Origin: Hydrolagus colliei
Lineage: Eukaryota
Length of the DNA stretch: 64,000 nucleotides
Reading direction: 5' to 3'
Assembly: GCA_035084275.1 (NCBI GenBank)
Contig: CM068761.1
Coordinates: 1,984,001-2,048,000, forward strand
Shown here: positions 35,269 to 46,594 of the stretch, in pieces
Layout of the letters: each line of letters begins with the position of its first letter
Numbering within the stretch: position 1 is the first letter of the stretch
Translations under genes and position numbers: made by a program
Notes under the pieces: model-generated
What the model saw: the letters and a program-made list of their open reading frames with translations, nothing else
Told to the model about the DNA's origin: nothing
The model's database searches: none

Positions 35269-36317
35269 GACTGACCATCATCTGTCTAGTGCTGTGTTCT
35301 GTAACTCTTATGAGCAAGCAAAGGAATTGATCTCTGCTCTTGCCCCCCGCCCCCACCCGCCCATGTTTTCCTTGCTCTGCCATCTGTGTAATCCGATGAA
35401 TTACAATCAACGGCAGATTTCCTGTCACTGACGACCGAGAGAACACGGGACAGGGTGAGTGGGAGTGACTAGCGCCTTATCAGGTCGTTCGGTTTTTCTC
35501 AAAGCGCTTCCCAAGGTATTGCTGGTGACTGTATGGTGACTGTGTTTGTATTTGATGTGGCAGCCGAAACCGCGTGTAGCAACGTCCCACTAACAGCCCT
35601 GAACTGAATTACCAAAATCTAGAGTTCAATGAATTACCACCAAGTTAAGTGAGTCTGTGTGTGTGTGTGTGTCATATCATGTTGTGAGATGCTATCTGAG
35701 TGAAGGTAGTGAATCAATGGGAATTGTGGTTGTGTATTACCTGTTCTGGTAAATTGGTTTGCTTTGGGGTTAGTCACTTGCTCAGAATATTGGGAGTGGG
35801 CGGATTGGGTGGAGCCAATGATGGAGTGAAAACTACTTGGTCTATCAATGAAAGTTATTTTTTTTGTGTGTGTTAGGGGTGTGGGGGTTTGTTGAATCCT
35901 CCAGAGTATGGTGAGGTGAGCTGGGCTGGGCTACACTCAGTGGCTGATGAGCAGTAATAATGACACATCCACTTTCCGGCAGTTGGTGAGACATCCCTGT
36001 GCGCAAATTAAATTGGCAACTGCGTCAGCCTACCAAATGCAATGGTCACGAAAGAGACGCTTTAGGAAATGTGGTCACTCAATCCATGACAGTTTGTGGG
36101 ACACAACAAAACTGTGTGTACAGTTGGCTGCCGCATTTCGCCCACAAAATATCCTGGGGACGTGATAAGGCGTTGTCTCAAATGTGAGGATTATTACCTT
36201 GCTTACTCAATCATAATCATGCAAATATGGAAGAAGAAGTGACAATGATAAGGCCTATGCCAATCCGGCTGCTTCTTAGACACAAAGTATTGATCTTCGT
36301 TCCTCAAGTCTGTCTAC

Positions 36318-36785
36318 GAAATGTCGATTTCAAGATCCTCATGCTTGTATTTAAATCCCTCCATTCCTCTGCACCCTTCATTCCTCTGCCCCCTCCTACC
36401 TCTCTGACCTCCTCTCTCTCGTCAAAACAGTACCCATTGCCTTTGCTACACCGGGTCTGGCCTCCTCTCCTTGTCCCCGAATCCTCCGCTCCACCATCGG
36501 CGGCCCTGCCTTCAGCCACTACCACCCAGGGCTCTGGAACTCCCTTCCTTATTCCCCTCACCTCTCTCCCCCCCCCACCCCCCCACCCCCCACCCCTCCT
36601 TTCCTATTTGAAGGTCTCAGCTAAGACCTTTTTTTTCGAACGCGCTTTTGGTCACCTTCTTCCCCCCCCCCCCCCCCCCCCCCCCCCTCTCTCTGGCTCG
36701 GCCCCGAGATCCGTTATTGTGAAGCGCTCTGCGACGCCGCTTGGCGTGGAGTAAGGGCGCTGTATGAATCCAAGTTGTTGTTGTC
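36318..36785 (+). mobile_element. L2 LINE 3' portion
   Basis: VDFKILMLVFKSLH..AP motif, AFS..LWNSLP, KTFFFERAF, then tail GTGAAGCGCTCTGCGACGCCGCTTGGCGTGG..CCAAG(TTG)n. Confidence 0.85.
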
Positions 36786-38374
36786 CGGTCTACGTGCTGG
36801 GGGGTGGTGGGGTGGGGAGGGGGTGGTGGGGAGTGGGATGTTTGCTTAGGGAGGGGTGTGTTGTGGCTCTGGCAATACACCCAGCTCCTCAGTCTCGTGG
36901 TGTCGTGCAGACTGTTAAAACCCAACTGCTCGTTGAATTGGAGTCACTTGAAACCCGAGTGTTTATTAAAAGCCGATTTGCCCACGCCTCCCTACCCCCC
37001 CCCCCCCCCCCCTCGTCATAACAACCTCAATTTTGATTGCAGTAAAACTTCTTCCAGTATACTCTCTCTCTGTCTCTCTCTCTCTTGTATTGCATAAAGA
37101 ATAACTACAGTTTACAGAGTTGGCTGCTTCTCGCTTGCACTGCCTAGCAGTCAGGGTTCAGAGGGGACAGTGGGTGAGGTAGGTGGGGGTGGGGGCGGGG
37201 TAGGAGAAGGGACGGAGGAGTTTAGATGTACTCTGTGGCGATATAGCCAGGATACCGGGTTACGGATAATCCTTACCAAGTGCTTCGCGGGCTATACCGT
37301 AAAGTGTAGTGACTGTTCATTGGAAGGGCTCGAAGCCGCGGTTCCCCACTGCGTGCCAGGTTGGTCTTCCTGCCGGGAAGAAAACTCGTACAAACCCTTT
37401 TAGGTGGGGGGGCGAGGGGGGGGGTGGGGGCCGAGGGGAGAAAGGTCAAAAAGAACTTGATACCGTTTCCACTGAATTGCACATCCGAGAGGAGAACAAG
37501 GTAGAGCGTTGTGAACCGTGACAGGGTTAATAACTGAACCAAGGGCGTGGGGGAAGGTGGAGCGCAACAAATATTTTCCATTTTATCTCCTGTTGGGATC
37601 TGTGTCCTGTTCTCGTGGCTGGTAGGCTGGCGGGGTGTGAGCTGATGTTGCTGTCTGTTGCTGTATGGGGCGAGGCTGTATGTACTGTGCTGTGTAGGTG
37701 TGTTACTGTAAACCTTACCTCCGCGTCTCTGATCTCCAGACAAGCGGTGACAGGTAGAGGAGGTGGCTGAGGGCTCTGGGGCGTTGGCAGTCAGCCGTGA
37801 CCCAACGTTTGCTCTATTGAAACCTGTTGTGTCTGTTTCCAGAGTAACATCGATACCCCTCCCAACGTTTCGAGCAAAGTCACAGGAAAGACGTGTTGCT
37901 TTTCCGCAGGGGGTCAGAGTGCAGCTTCATATCCCCTCTCCTGGCTAGACCAGGGGGTGGGAATATCCCCAAGTGTGGCGCGTGCATTGAGTCTCTCGCA
38001 GCAGGGTTTACCACATTCCCGATGGTGTTTTGGGGAGGAGTAATGGGGGGGTCTAATGTGTCCCATTCTAACCAACTCCACTCTCCCACTGCCACCAACC
38101 CACCAACCCAGTCCCGGCCCTGCAACCTGGTAAAACATTCATATGAATATAATAATAATAATCTTACACTTGGTATAATCCTGATCAAAACATCACAAAT
38201 TTGACAGTGCCTCAGTGTAGTCACTGCATATTTATAACCGTGTTGCACAAGGCAGTGTCTCACAAACAGTTCGGATGACAAGCCTTAGTCATGCGATGGC
38301 TTTTTTGATGTCTACCCGAACAGGCACCCCGGCCTTAAGTACTGTATATTGCATCATTCCCCCAAACACTGTGT

Positions 38375-38692
38375 TAATAATAATAGCAATCCTTGCATTT
38401 GATATAGCGCTTTTCATGTCTTCTAGACGTCTCAAATCACTACAGAACCTACTAGACAGTGAATTGACTGTATGTATGTGGGCGAAATACGGCAGCAAAC
38501 AGCAGTGTTTCACACAAACAGTCGTGGATTTAAATCACCCAATTTATTATTGTGTTTTTTTTTGAGGGATTATTATTAGGCGAGTGGAGTAAGGAAACTT
38601 GCCCATGGTTTCGCTTTGACCTGCCTGGAATTGAACCGGGGTCTCTCACTTGTAAGACGAGCGCTCTAACCTAACCACTGAGCTACAGGATT
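38375..38692 (-). mobile_element. SINE, full length
   Basis: Tail, core and head. Confidence 0.88.
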
Positions 38693-39459
38693 CCAGGTCA
38701 ACCTGGATTGTAAGATCAAAGGTTGCAATCGCTCCCATCCATCATCGTCTTTTGCGCCCGCTCTCCGCTTGTCTCTGTCTGGGGATTAAGAGGAATTTGG
38801 CTGAGATTTAATTACGACCATCAGTTCCCTTCACTTTTTTCTCAAAGAGTGTCATCGGACCTTTTAACACCCACCCGAACACGCTTCAGTTTAACCTCTC
38901 GAACGAAGGACAGTGACCTCTTATCAACGCACCACAGACCCCCTCCCCCCCCCCCCCTGCGCTGGAGTGTGCATCCTAGAATGTGAGCTCAAAAGTCCTG
39001 GTGTGGGGCTGGCTCGAACCTTTCTGATCCAGATTTAATCGACTGATTCAGCGATCCGGCCGCCTGTTAGGAAATCGCTGTGCGTGTGTGTATCTGCAAC
39101 CGTCGACAGTCCTGGGCTGAGGATGTTTACTGTAAACCTGGCCGCTGATCTCTGGGTGTAACCCTCTTGATTTAACCAGCCACTGAACTAATCTCTAAAT
39201 CAGAGCCATGAGTAAATAAGAGCGTTTTCAGATTGAGAATGTTCCTGTCGGAAATAACCCGTGCGCTAAGCCTCCCCCTCTGTGCCTGTCTATCAGATCG
39301 TGTGTGTGTGTGTGTGTGCTCTGTGTTCTGTGATGTGTGTGCTAGTCGTCTCTGTGCTGGTGCTCGTTCCCCACTGGAGGTCTCTACTCTTAAAACCCCA
39401 TTCCCTGCACTCTCTTCCATTACCCCCCCTCCTCCCTCCACCCCCCCCCCCAAAAACCC

Positions 39460-39655
39460 CCAATAATAAATTGGTCATTTCAATCCACAACTGTTTTTGG
39501 GACCGCTGCTGTGCGCAATTGGCTGCCGTGTTTTGTCCATTAAAAAAATAAGATCAATTCACTCGACAGGATATTCTGTGAAGCGCTTTGAGAAGGTCTC
39601 GAACATGTAAAAAGGCACTATATCAAATGCAAGGATTATTATTATTATTATTATT
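39460..39655 (+). mobile_element. SINE 3' half
   Basis: Core and tail followed by (ATT)n. Confidence 0.85.
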
Positions 39656-40472
39656 TTCCCCAAAGGACCAGCACCAGCCCTGGAATTTGGCAAAGGCCTG
39701 ATCTCTGACCCTAACACTATGTGGAGATCAAGCTCACAATCCCTCAACCCTATTTGGTCATTGAACGTGTATATGCCCATATAACGGAGGAGACGCTGAG
39801 CGAGGGATGGAGGTTAAAGCAAGGGTGGGTGGGGCTGCTTCTGTGGCTGGTTGAGCGCACACTGACAGAACCATGGGATTCTTAAGAAAATCAGCTTCTA
39901 AGTTAATCATGCATTTAGGACAAGCTTGGTAGCGATTTCCCCACACCTTCAAGGAGGAAAGGTTTGCCTATGTGCCGTCTGATCCTGGTTCCCACGTCTG
40001 GGATTCCGCAGAAGGCCATTTTCGGGCCCAGTCTGGGCTCCCTTTTAGTTCAGGTTTATTGCAGCCTCTGGCTCCCATCGTTCATCTCACATTCTCCCCA
40101 AGGAAATCAAATCTGTGCTGGATCTGTGGGGAAGCAGGGCCCTGTGCTTGGTTGGCGGAGCTCCCCTCTCAGCTGCAGTTTGATGGATTGTGCTGGAGGC
40201 ATGCTTTGTGATTCGCTAGGCCCCGAAATGGAATTGAATGACTAAAAGAGCTGTCAGGCTGACCTGGGATTTACTGCGTTGGACTGAGCTTTGCTGAAAA
40301 CAGCCAATGTGCCTGTATTTATTCATTCATTTATTCATTTATTTTTGCTTTGCTAAATTCAGCAAAAGTATGCTCTGAACGATATTGTGAAACATGCTGC
40401 CCAGCCCTGCCCTCCCCACTGTTTAGTGCAAGTGACCATTCCTCCTGTGTGACCATTGACTACTGCGCTCGG

Positions 40473-40503
<31 letters not shown>

Positions 40504-40627
40504 GTGGGGGGGGGGGGGGGAACGCGGTTTCAGAACTCCGCAATGCTATCCTGCGTGTGGAGCATGGCATCGATGCAGCCTGTCGCTGTTGGCCTCTCTG
40601 CTCAATCTATGATGTATTGATTTGTAG

Positions 40628-40743
40628 GAGCAGATCCGGGAATTCTGTACGGGAGTGCCCGCGACCCCCAGGGACACAGACAACCTGGTGCAGGATCACA
40701 ACGAGTACCGCACATTCGAGGAACAACCCCAGCCCTCAGACAG
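40628..40743 (+). CDS. KIAA1671: KIAA1671 exon (EQIREFCTGVPATPRDTDNLVQDHNEYRTFEEQPQPSD)
   Basis: Acceptor TTTTGTAG|, donor CAG|GTCAGT (phase 2). PRDTDNLVQD resembles recalled human PKDTDTLVHE. Confidence 0.85.
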
Positions 40744-41238
40744 GTCAGTGCGTCCGACACACAGCAAGTCCCCCACCCCCACCCCGGTCTTCTATGCCTC
40801 CCAGCATAGGAAGCATAGGTCCCACAAACACCATTCACCATTAACCCCCACCTCCGTACCTATGTACATCCAACACCCAAAACACCAACATCGCTAGGTT
40901 CCATGTGTCCATCGCTCCCCATCTTTTGTCTTCAAATCGCTTGCCCATCCCACCCCACTCCACCCCATTCCCTGACCCACAATCAGTCTTATTGTCTCCA
41001 GATCAGTATGGATAAAGACAATTTATGGTCTTTATCCATAAATTGGATAAATTTATGGATAAATTTTGGTCCATCTAGTCTCACCCCACCAGAGCGCCCA
41101 CCGTACTCTTCCCCCCTCCTTTGCCCCACCAACACCCCTGACTTCCTTAAGCTGCTTTTCCAATGAATCCACTGTCTGGCCTCTCTCCCGCCTGATATCT
41201 CTCTCTCTCTCTCTCTATCTCTCTCTGTGTGTTTGCAG

Positions 41239-41530
41239 ATGTTCACTCACCTCACCTTACGCTGAGCCTGTGGTTGGGCGGGTCTCGCCCTACGCGGAAC
41301 CTTCCGTCAGTCCCTTTGTATCCCCCAAGAGACCCGTGGAGAACGTCCGCCTGCCGTTCCACGCGGAGGGGAATGGCGGCTACGAGAGGCGCAGTTCCCT
41401 CAGGGGTCAGAGGTCCAGCAGCCTGGACCAGTCCAGCAACGAGTGGGAATCGCCGGAGGACACGGACAGCTCTCAGTCTGCTGGGGTGGGAGCCCCCATT
41501 GAACACAAGCCCGAGTTCTCCTTCCTGGAG
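41239..41530 (+). CDS. KIAA1671: KIAA1671 exon (...RGQRSSSLDQSSNEWESPE...EFSFLE)
   Basis: Acceptor TTTGCAG| (phase 2), donor GAG|GTAAGC (phase 0). QRSSSLDQSS and FSFL resemble human QRSTSVDHSS and FSFI. Confidence 0.9.
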
Positions 41531-41984
41531 GTAAGCGGGGCACAGGCAGCTCAGATATTCTCTGTGGGGTTGAGGAGGTGGGTGGGTGGGAAGATGGATG
41601 AGGATGTGTTTTGTGTGGGTGTGGTGGGTGAGGGTGTGGGTGGGTGATTGGGTAGGTGGGCGAGGGTGTTGTGCGCGTGGACCTCTCACTCTGCATCTAA
41701 TCTGTGTTGGTCCCTGACCTGGGGGGAAACTGGGGCAAAGGCCACAGTGTAGAGGGTCTGACTGTTCAGAGCCTCCTGATGTCCTCCCAACGTGAAACGT
41801 GCTCTACAAATGTAATCTTGTTATTGTTGTTGTTGTTGCATTGTGCGGAGATGGTCTGTATCTGTGCAGGAGCTGTGTGTGGTCAGGGAAGAGGTGGGTG
41901 AGGGTGGGGTTGAGGGTGGAGGTGGGTGGGTGGGAGAAGATATAACAAGGAGCCTGGCCTAACCCTTCTCTCCGCTCTCCGCAG

Positions 41985-42156
41985 CACGTGGCTGTCTTGG
42001 ACAACGAGGCCCAGAAATGCCGGATACAGCTCGGCAAGAAGAGCATGCGGCGCCCCCCGGGGGCCAGGTCCTTCAGGACGCGACGGATGATCTCGGGGGA
42101 CGCACAGCTGCCCGCCCACCAGAACAACGGTGACTGGATGTACAAGGATTCCACGG
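41985..42156 (+). CDS. KIAA1671: KIAA1671 exon, tankyrase-binding-protein C-terminal-type domain (VLDNEAQKCRIQLGKKSMRRPP...WMYKDST)
   Basis: Canonical AG/GT, phase 0 to 1. Contains the LDxxAxKxRxQL and WMxKDST motifs. Confidence 0.92.
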
Positions 42157-42448
42157 GTAAGTGTAGCCACCCGCGCCCCCTCCTCAGTCGGTGAGGTCTT
42201 GGTTTTGGGGAGCTGGTTCTGTGTGCTGGTACTTCGTTGTGTGGTGTGGTTTTGGGTGAGTGGGAGAGTGGGGGGTGGCGGTGGGATTGGATACGTGGGG
42301 GGAGCGTTGGGTGGCACCAGGAGTGTTCAGGAGGCCGCTTCCCTGCCTGAAGGGAGAGCGGTGTCAGCCAACGTACCCGTCCTAAACTGAAGCTGCTCGT
42401 TGCCAACCCCAGCCAGCTCAATTCCTCGTCTTTGTCGGACTCCCACTG

Positions 42449-42672
42449 GCCCATCCGTCCCTCCCAACCCATGTCCCTCCCAACCCATGTCCTTCCCAAC
42501 CCATGTCCCTCCTTTCCATGTCCCTCCCAACCCATGTCCCTCCCAACCCATGTCCTTCCCACCCCATGTCCCTCCTTTCCATGTCCCTCCCAACCCATGT
42601 CCTTCCCAACCCATGTTCCTCCCTCCCATGTCCCTCCCAATCCATGTCCTTCCCTCCCATGTCCCTCCTTCC
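42449..42672. repeat. Minisatellite with about 16-bp unit CCCATGTCC(C/T)TCCCAA and a 63-bp higher-order period
   Basis: About 14 units visible. The antisense translation repeats every 21 aa. Confidence 0.92.
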
Positions 42673-42838
42673 TCTGAAAAGCCACCTCCTAACCCTCTGC
42701 TCCAATCCTCCACACTGACTCCTTGAGAAGTCTGGTGTGAACAGCAGATTCTTGCTGACGTTCCTCCGTTGTGGGAGCTGCAGGAAGTCAGGCTGATGGT
42801 CGTGTGTTTTTATTTCCCTCCCCGCCCCCACCCATCAG

Positions 42839-42957
42839 AGCCCCAGGCGATCAGACAAGAGGAATCGGAGGAGGAAGAAGTGCGGCCTCGGCCGACCCCA
42901 ATCACACAGACTCCGAGAATCCCACTCTTCCCAGGGATGGACCCCTCAGCACTAAAG
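42839..42957 (+). CDS. KIAA1671: KIAA1671 exon (PQAIRQEESEEEE...RIPLFPGMDPSALK)
   Basis: Phase 1 to 0, conserved FPGMDP motif, donor AAG|GTAACG. Confidence 0.92.
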
Positions 42958-43066
42958 GTAACGCAGTGTGTGCAGCCAAGCGATTAATTGTGGTGGTTTG
43001 GATCGGGGGCGTTTAGACTATTCCAACTGTCTGCCAGCCAGGATCCTACCTGCACTGTGGATACAT

Positions 43067-43362
43067 GAGCTCCTGTAGCTCAGGGGTTAGAGCGCTCGCC
43101 TTACAAGCGTGAGACCTGTGTTCAAATCCAGGCAGGTCAGGGCGAAACCTTGGGCAAGTTTCCTTACTCCACACACACACACACACACACACATAATAAT
43201 CCCTCCCCAAAAAAACACACAATAATAAAATTGGTCATTTCAATCCACGACTGTTTGTGGGGGACGCTGCTGTGTGCGATTGGCTGCCGCATTTCGCCCA
43301 CAAGTATACAGTCAATTCACTTTACAGTGTATTATGTGAAGCGCTTTGAGACGTCTAGTAGA
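43067..43362 (+). mobile_element. SINE, near full length, low divergence
   Basis: GAGCTCCTGTAGCTCAGGGGTTAGAGCGCTCGCC head through GAGACGTCTAG. Confidence 0.92.
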
Positions 43363-44652
43363 TCTCTCTCTCTCTTCATAGTATTTAGTTTGATGTTTGG
43401 ATGAGCGAGAGACTGTGACCAGGACAGGCCACCACCTTCCCTCTGCCAGTCCAGTGATGTCTCTCTCTCTTTCTCTCTCTGTGGGCCATATGGTAATAAG
43501 ACGCTGCGTCAAATGCAAGGATTAATCTATATTATAAATCTACCCCATAGTAGGATCCTAACCACATCCTGAACTGACTTGTGACTAGGATACTGGGATG
43601 TGCGAGGATTGTTATTAACATAATAAGTATTCTTCCTCAGCATCGTGGGATTTTTCCCCTCCGTATTATTATCATCATAATAATAACAACAACCCTTGCA
43701 TTTGATGGAGCGCTTTATCACACGTACCACTTAGTGAACGACTGATACCTTAGACTCATCACCGTTCTCCTGAAAGAACTTGACTTTGAAAGAGACTCAT
43801 CAAGAGTTTCCAATCCCATGGCCTGGCCTTGCGCATGGCTGAGCAGTGATTGGCAATAACCTTCCTGCTGCTTGTCCTCCTGCTTGTCCACTTCACTAGT
43901 ACCTGGTTTGTGTCGGTGGACAACAGTTGTCCTTAATAACCATGGTAACTACTGCTCAGCCTCGTTCGCACGGTGTGTCCCAGACGATGGGATTGAATGA
44001 ACGCAGCCCAACGATTTACACAGAGCAACGCTGCCCCCTTGCGGCCGTGTGCAGAAATGTAGACAAGAGGCTGAAGGGATCAGTGATGATCAGAAAGAAA
44101 GAATTTTTTTTTGCAAATCACTGGAGGAAGGAGATAAGTAAGCGGAAGGAACACTCGTTGCGTGATCCATTAAGTGACTCGCTTATAATGTTAGAACATT
44201 TCCTGAAGAGAATGCAAGATATCCTACGCGGCCCAACTGACAACGCTGGATGCGATAACAGAAGAGAGTTTTGGACGGATGAGAAAATGGGGTTGGGTGG
44301 TGGTGGAAGGTGGGGGAGTGAAGCGATGCAAATGCGGATGGGGACATGAATTGTGTGTGCGCGCGCGTGTGTGTGTGAAGGGGAATTGCCTTTGCGAGCA
44401 CAATCTGGCTCGCTTCCTACTGCTCGGGGGGGGTAAGGTGTGGATTTGAGGCGTTTAGTGACCATTCCCAGTTCGTAAGAACATTCAACGGATCCCTGGT
44501 GATGCCAGCCAGGCACCTTGGCTACAGTGACATCCATTGGTTAACGTTAATGTCGGAACGGCTGATGCTAACGCTCTGTAACTCATAATGTTCTTTCCTT
44601 CCCACTCCGTTCCCCCCCCCCCCCCCACCACCCCCCACCTCCACACCGACAG

Positions 44653-44786
44653 GCCCGTCTACGGAGAAGCCGTCCCAGGGAGGAGGAAACCATGGAAACG
44701 ACAAGCACTGTGCAGCAATCCCGGTCTCTCCACAGCCAGGCGGGTGTCAGGGTCCTGCCTCCTCCACCCAGCAAAGAGGAAGGGGG
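44653..44786 (+). CDS. KIAA1671: KIAA1671 exon (ARLRRSRPREEET...GVRVLPPPPSKEEG)
   Basis: Acceptor GACAG| (phase 0), donor GG|GTAAGT (phase 2). GVRVLP resembles human GSRVLP. Not present in the ORF track in this frame. Confidence 0.85.
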
Positions 44787-45107
44787 GTAAGTGAGCATTT
44801 CGACCGCGCCTTCGGTCACCCTCCTACCCTCTAACCTCCCCGCTCCTCCGCCCCTTCCTATCCCAACCGCGCGTTTGCTCGGGTGCGGATCCCTGCCCTG
44901 CCCAGGGCCTCGGGACATGCCCCTGACCAGAAAGGCGCGAGACAAATGTGAGTTTGTTGTTGTTCTTGTAAGGAAGGAATTTCCGTTCCGTTCAGACATA
45001 ATTCCTCAGCGTTTTGGAGTTTTCCTACCCTGCCTCTGCCTCCCCCCAGGAGACGTGAACGCAGAAACAAACCTGGGCCTCACCTCTTCTGCTTTCTTTT
45101 TTTTGTG

Positions 45108-45412
45108 TGGAGTGCTGCAGCTCACAGGTTAGAGCACTCGCCTCACAAGAGACATGGGTTAGATTCCCGGCAGGTCAGGACAGAATCTTGGGCACGTTTC
45201 CTTACTCCACCTGCCTGATAATAATCCCTTTTAAAAAAAATATATAGATATATATAAAGTATATATTTTTTATTTTCAATCCACGACTGCTTGTGCGCAA
45301 TTGGCTGCCGCGTTTCGCCCACACTCAGTTCACTTTACAGTATATTCTGCGAAGGGCTTTGAGACGTCTAGAGGATGTGAAAAGCGCTACAAGAAATGCA
45401 CGGATTATTATT
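45108..45412 (+). mobile_element. SINE directly abutting the next acceptor site
   Basis: Head, core and tail ending AAATGCACGGATTATTAT, immediately before TTCTTTCAG. Confidence 0.85.
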
Positions 45413-45420
45413 TCTTTCAG

Positions 45421-45505
45421 GTCGGAAGAAGCCTCCCCTTCTTGGCTCAGGGAGCTGAAATCGAAGAAGAGATTGAGTCAGAACCAGCATTGTCCTCCTG
45501 ACTGG
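45421..45505 (+). CDS. KIAA1671: KIAA1671 last conserved coding exon (SEEASPSWLRELKSKKRLSQ...); exact stop uncertain
   Basis: Phase-2 acceptor. SPxWLxELKSKKR is the conserved C-terminus. Probable donor TGG|GTAAAG at 45506; without splicing the frame stops at 45568. Confidence 0.85.
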
Positions 45506-46594
45506 GTAAAGGCCACATCTATTACCTGGGCTTATTATTCCACGTTCTGGCTCTGGGTCACAGAGTAGCATTTGCCCAAAACAATACACACTCCCTTCAC
45601 TTTACGGTATATCCTGTGGAGTGCTTTGAAACATCTCCCAACACGTGATCAGGCGCTATATAATAATAATAACATATCAAATGCAAGGATTATTATGATG
45701 TTGTGGGGGTACAGGATATAGTTTGGGACATTACACAGGCGTGTGACTGCCAGGATGATGGAAGGCAAACTGGATGGACTTTGGACTTCTTTTCTCTAGC
45801 AATTCTTATGTTATGTCCTTATTGAGTGGAAGTAGCAAGATGGGGGAGTGGAGGGGGGCGAGAGGGGGTGGTGGGTGGCGTGTGGGAACGTCCCACTGGT
45901 TGTCAGTTCAGTGGGATGCTGATAGATGGAGAAGGTGGGTGGTCACGAAGATTCTCGCCAGCGCTTTTAACGTTTTTTTTTTTGTTGTTTGTTTTATTTT
46001 TCAGAATAATCAATGAATGAGACCCCCCCCCCCACCCACCCCTGAGCGGAAACCCCAGCCTGATAGAAGCCTTAAAAAAAAATAGTTAACTGGAGTTTTA
46101 TCAAGAAAGTGATTTTTGTCCCCGCCCCACATGCTGCTGTTTCCTCCCTCGCTGCCTCTGCATGTACCACCCCCTCCTCCGCCCCCCCCCCCCCCCCCCA
46201 CCCCCCACTTTGTCCTCTTGTGAATAGATTGCTTGACGCACAGCGCAACCCAACGCTCCAGGGTCAGCAGATCCAATTCCTTGCGTGGGAAGCCTCCGTC
46301 CTTGCCAACCCAACCGGTGAAAGAATTGAACCTGCGATGGATGGATTAATGGATGGATAGGGTCCATCGCATCGGACGCCGAAGAGCGTTGTGTTTGCGG
46401 GACAGAATGCGACCCCAGAAAGAGGGGGGTGGTGTGGTCTGCGCGATGTCTCTTGCCCGCCGCAACCTCCCCCCGACTGTTCACCCGACGCGTTTCCCGG
46501 AGCGGGAAGAACTAGCGGAACTGATCGGCTCATCGGTACAGAACTCCGGCGCAACCGTCCAACACACAGACTACCTTTTTGCCCGTTGCTGTAG

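Noticed and set aside
37400-37506. Possible extra exon ending AACAAG|GTAGAG
   Set aside because: No convincing acceptor or recognisable peptide, so support is insufficient.
41804-42831. 293-aa and overlapping ORFs with GHG/WEG repeats
   Set aside because: These are translations of the 16-bp minisatellite, antisense to real exons.
41985-45505. TNKS1BP1 as the gene identity
   Set aside because: It shares the C-terminal domain, but the N-terminus, internal motifs and adjacency to CRYBB3-CRYBB2 fit KIAA1671.
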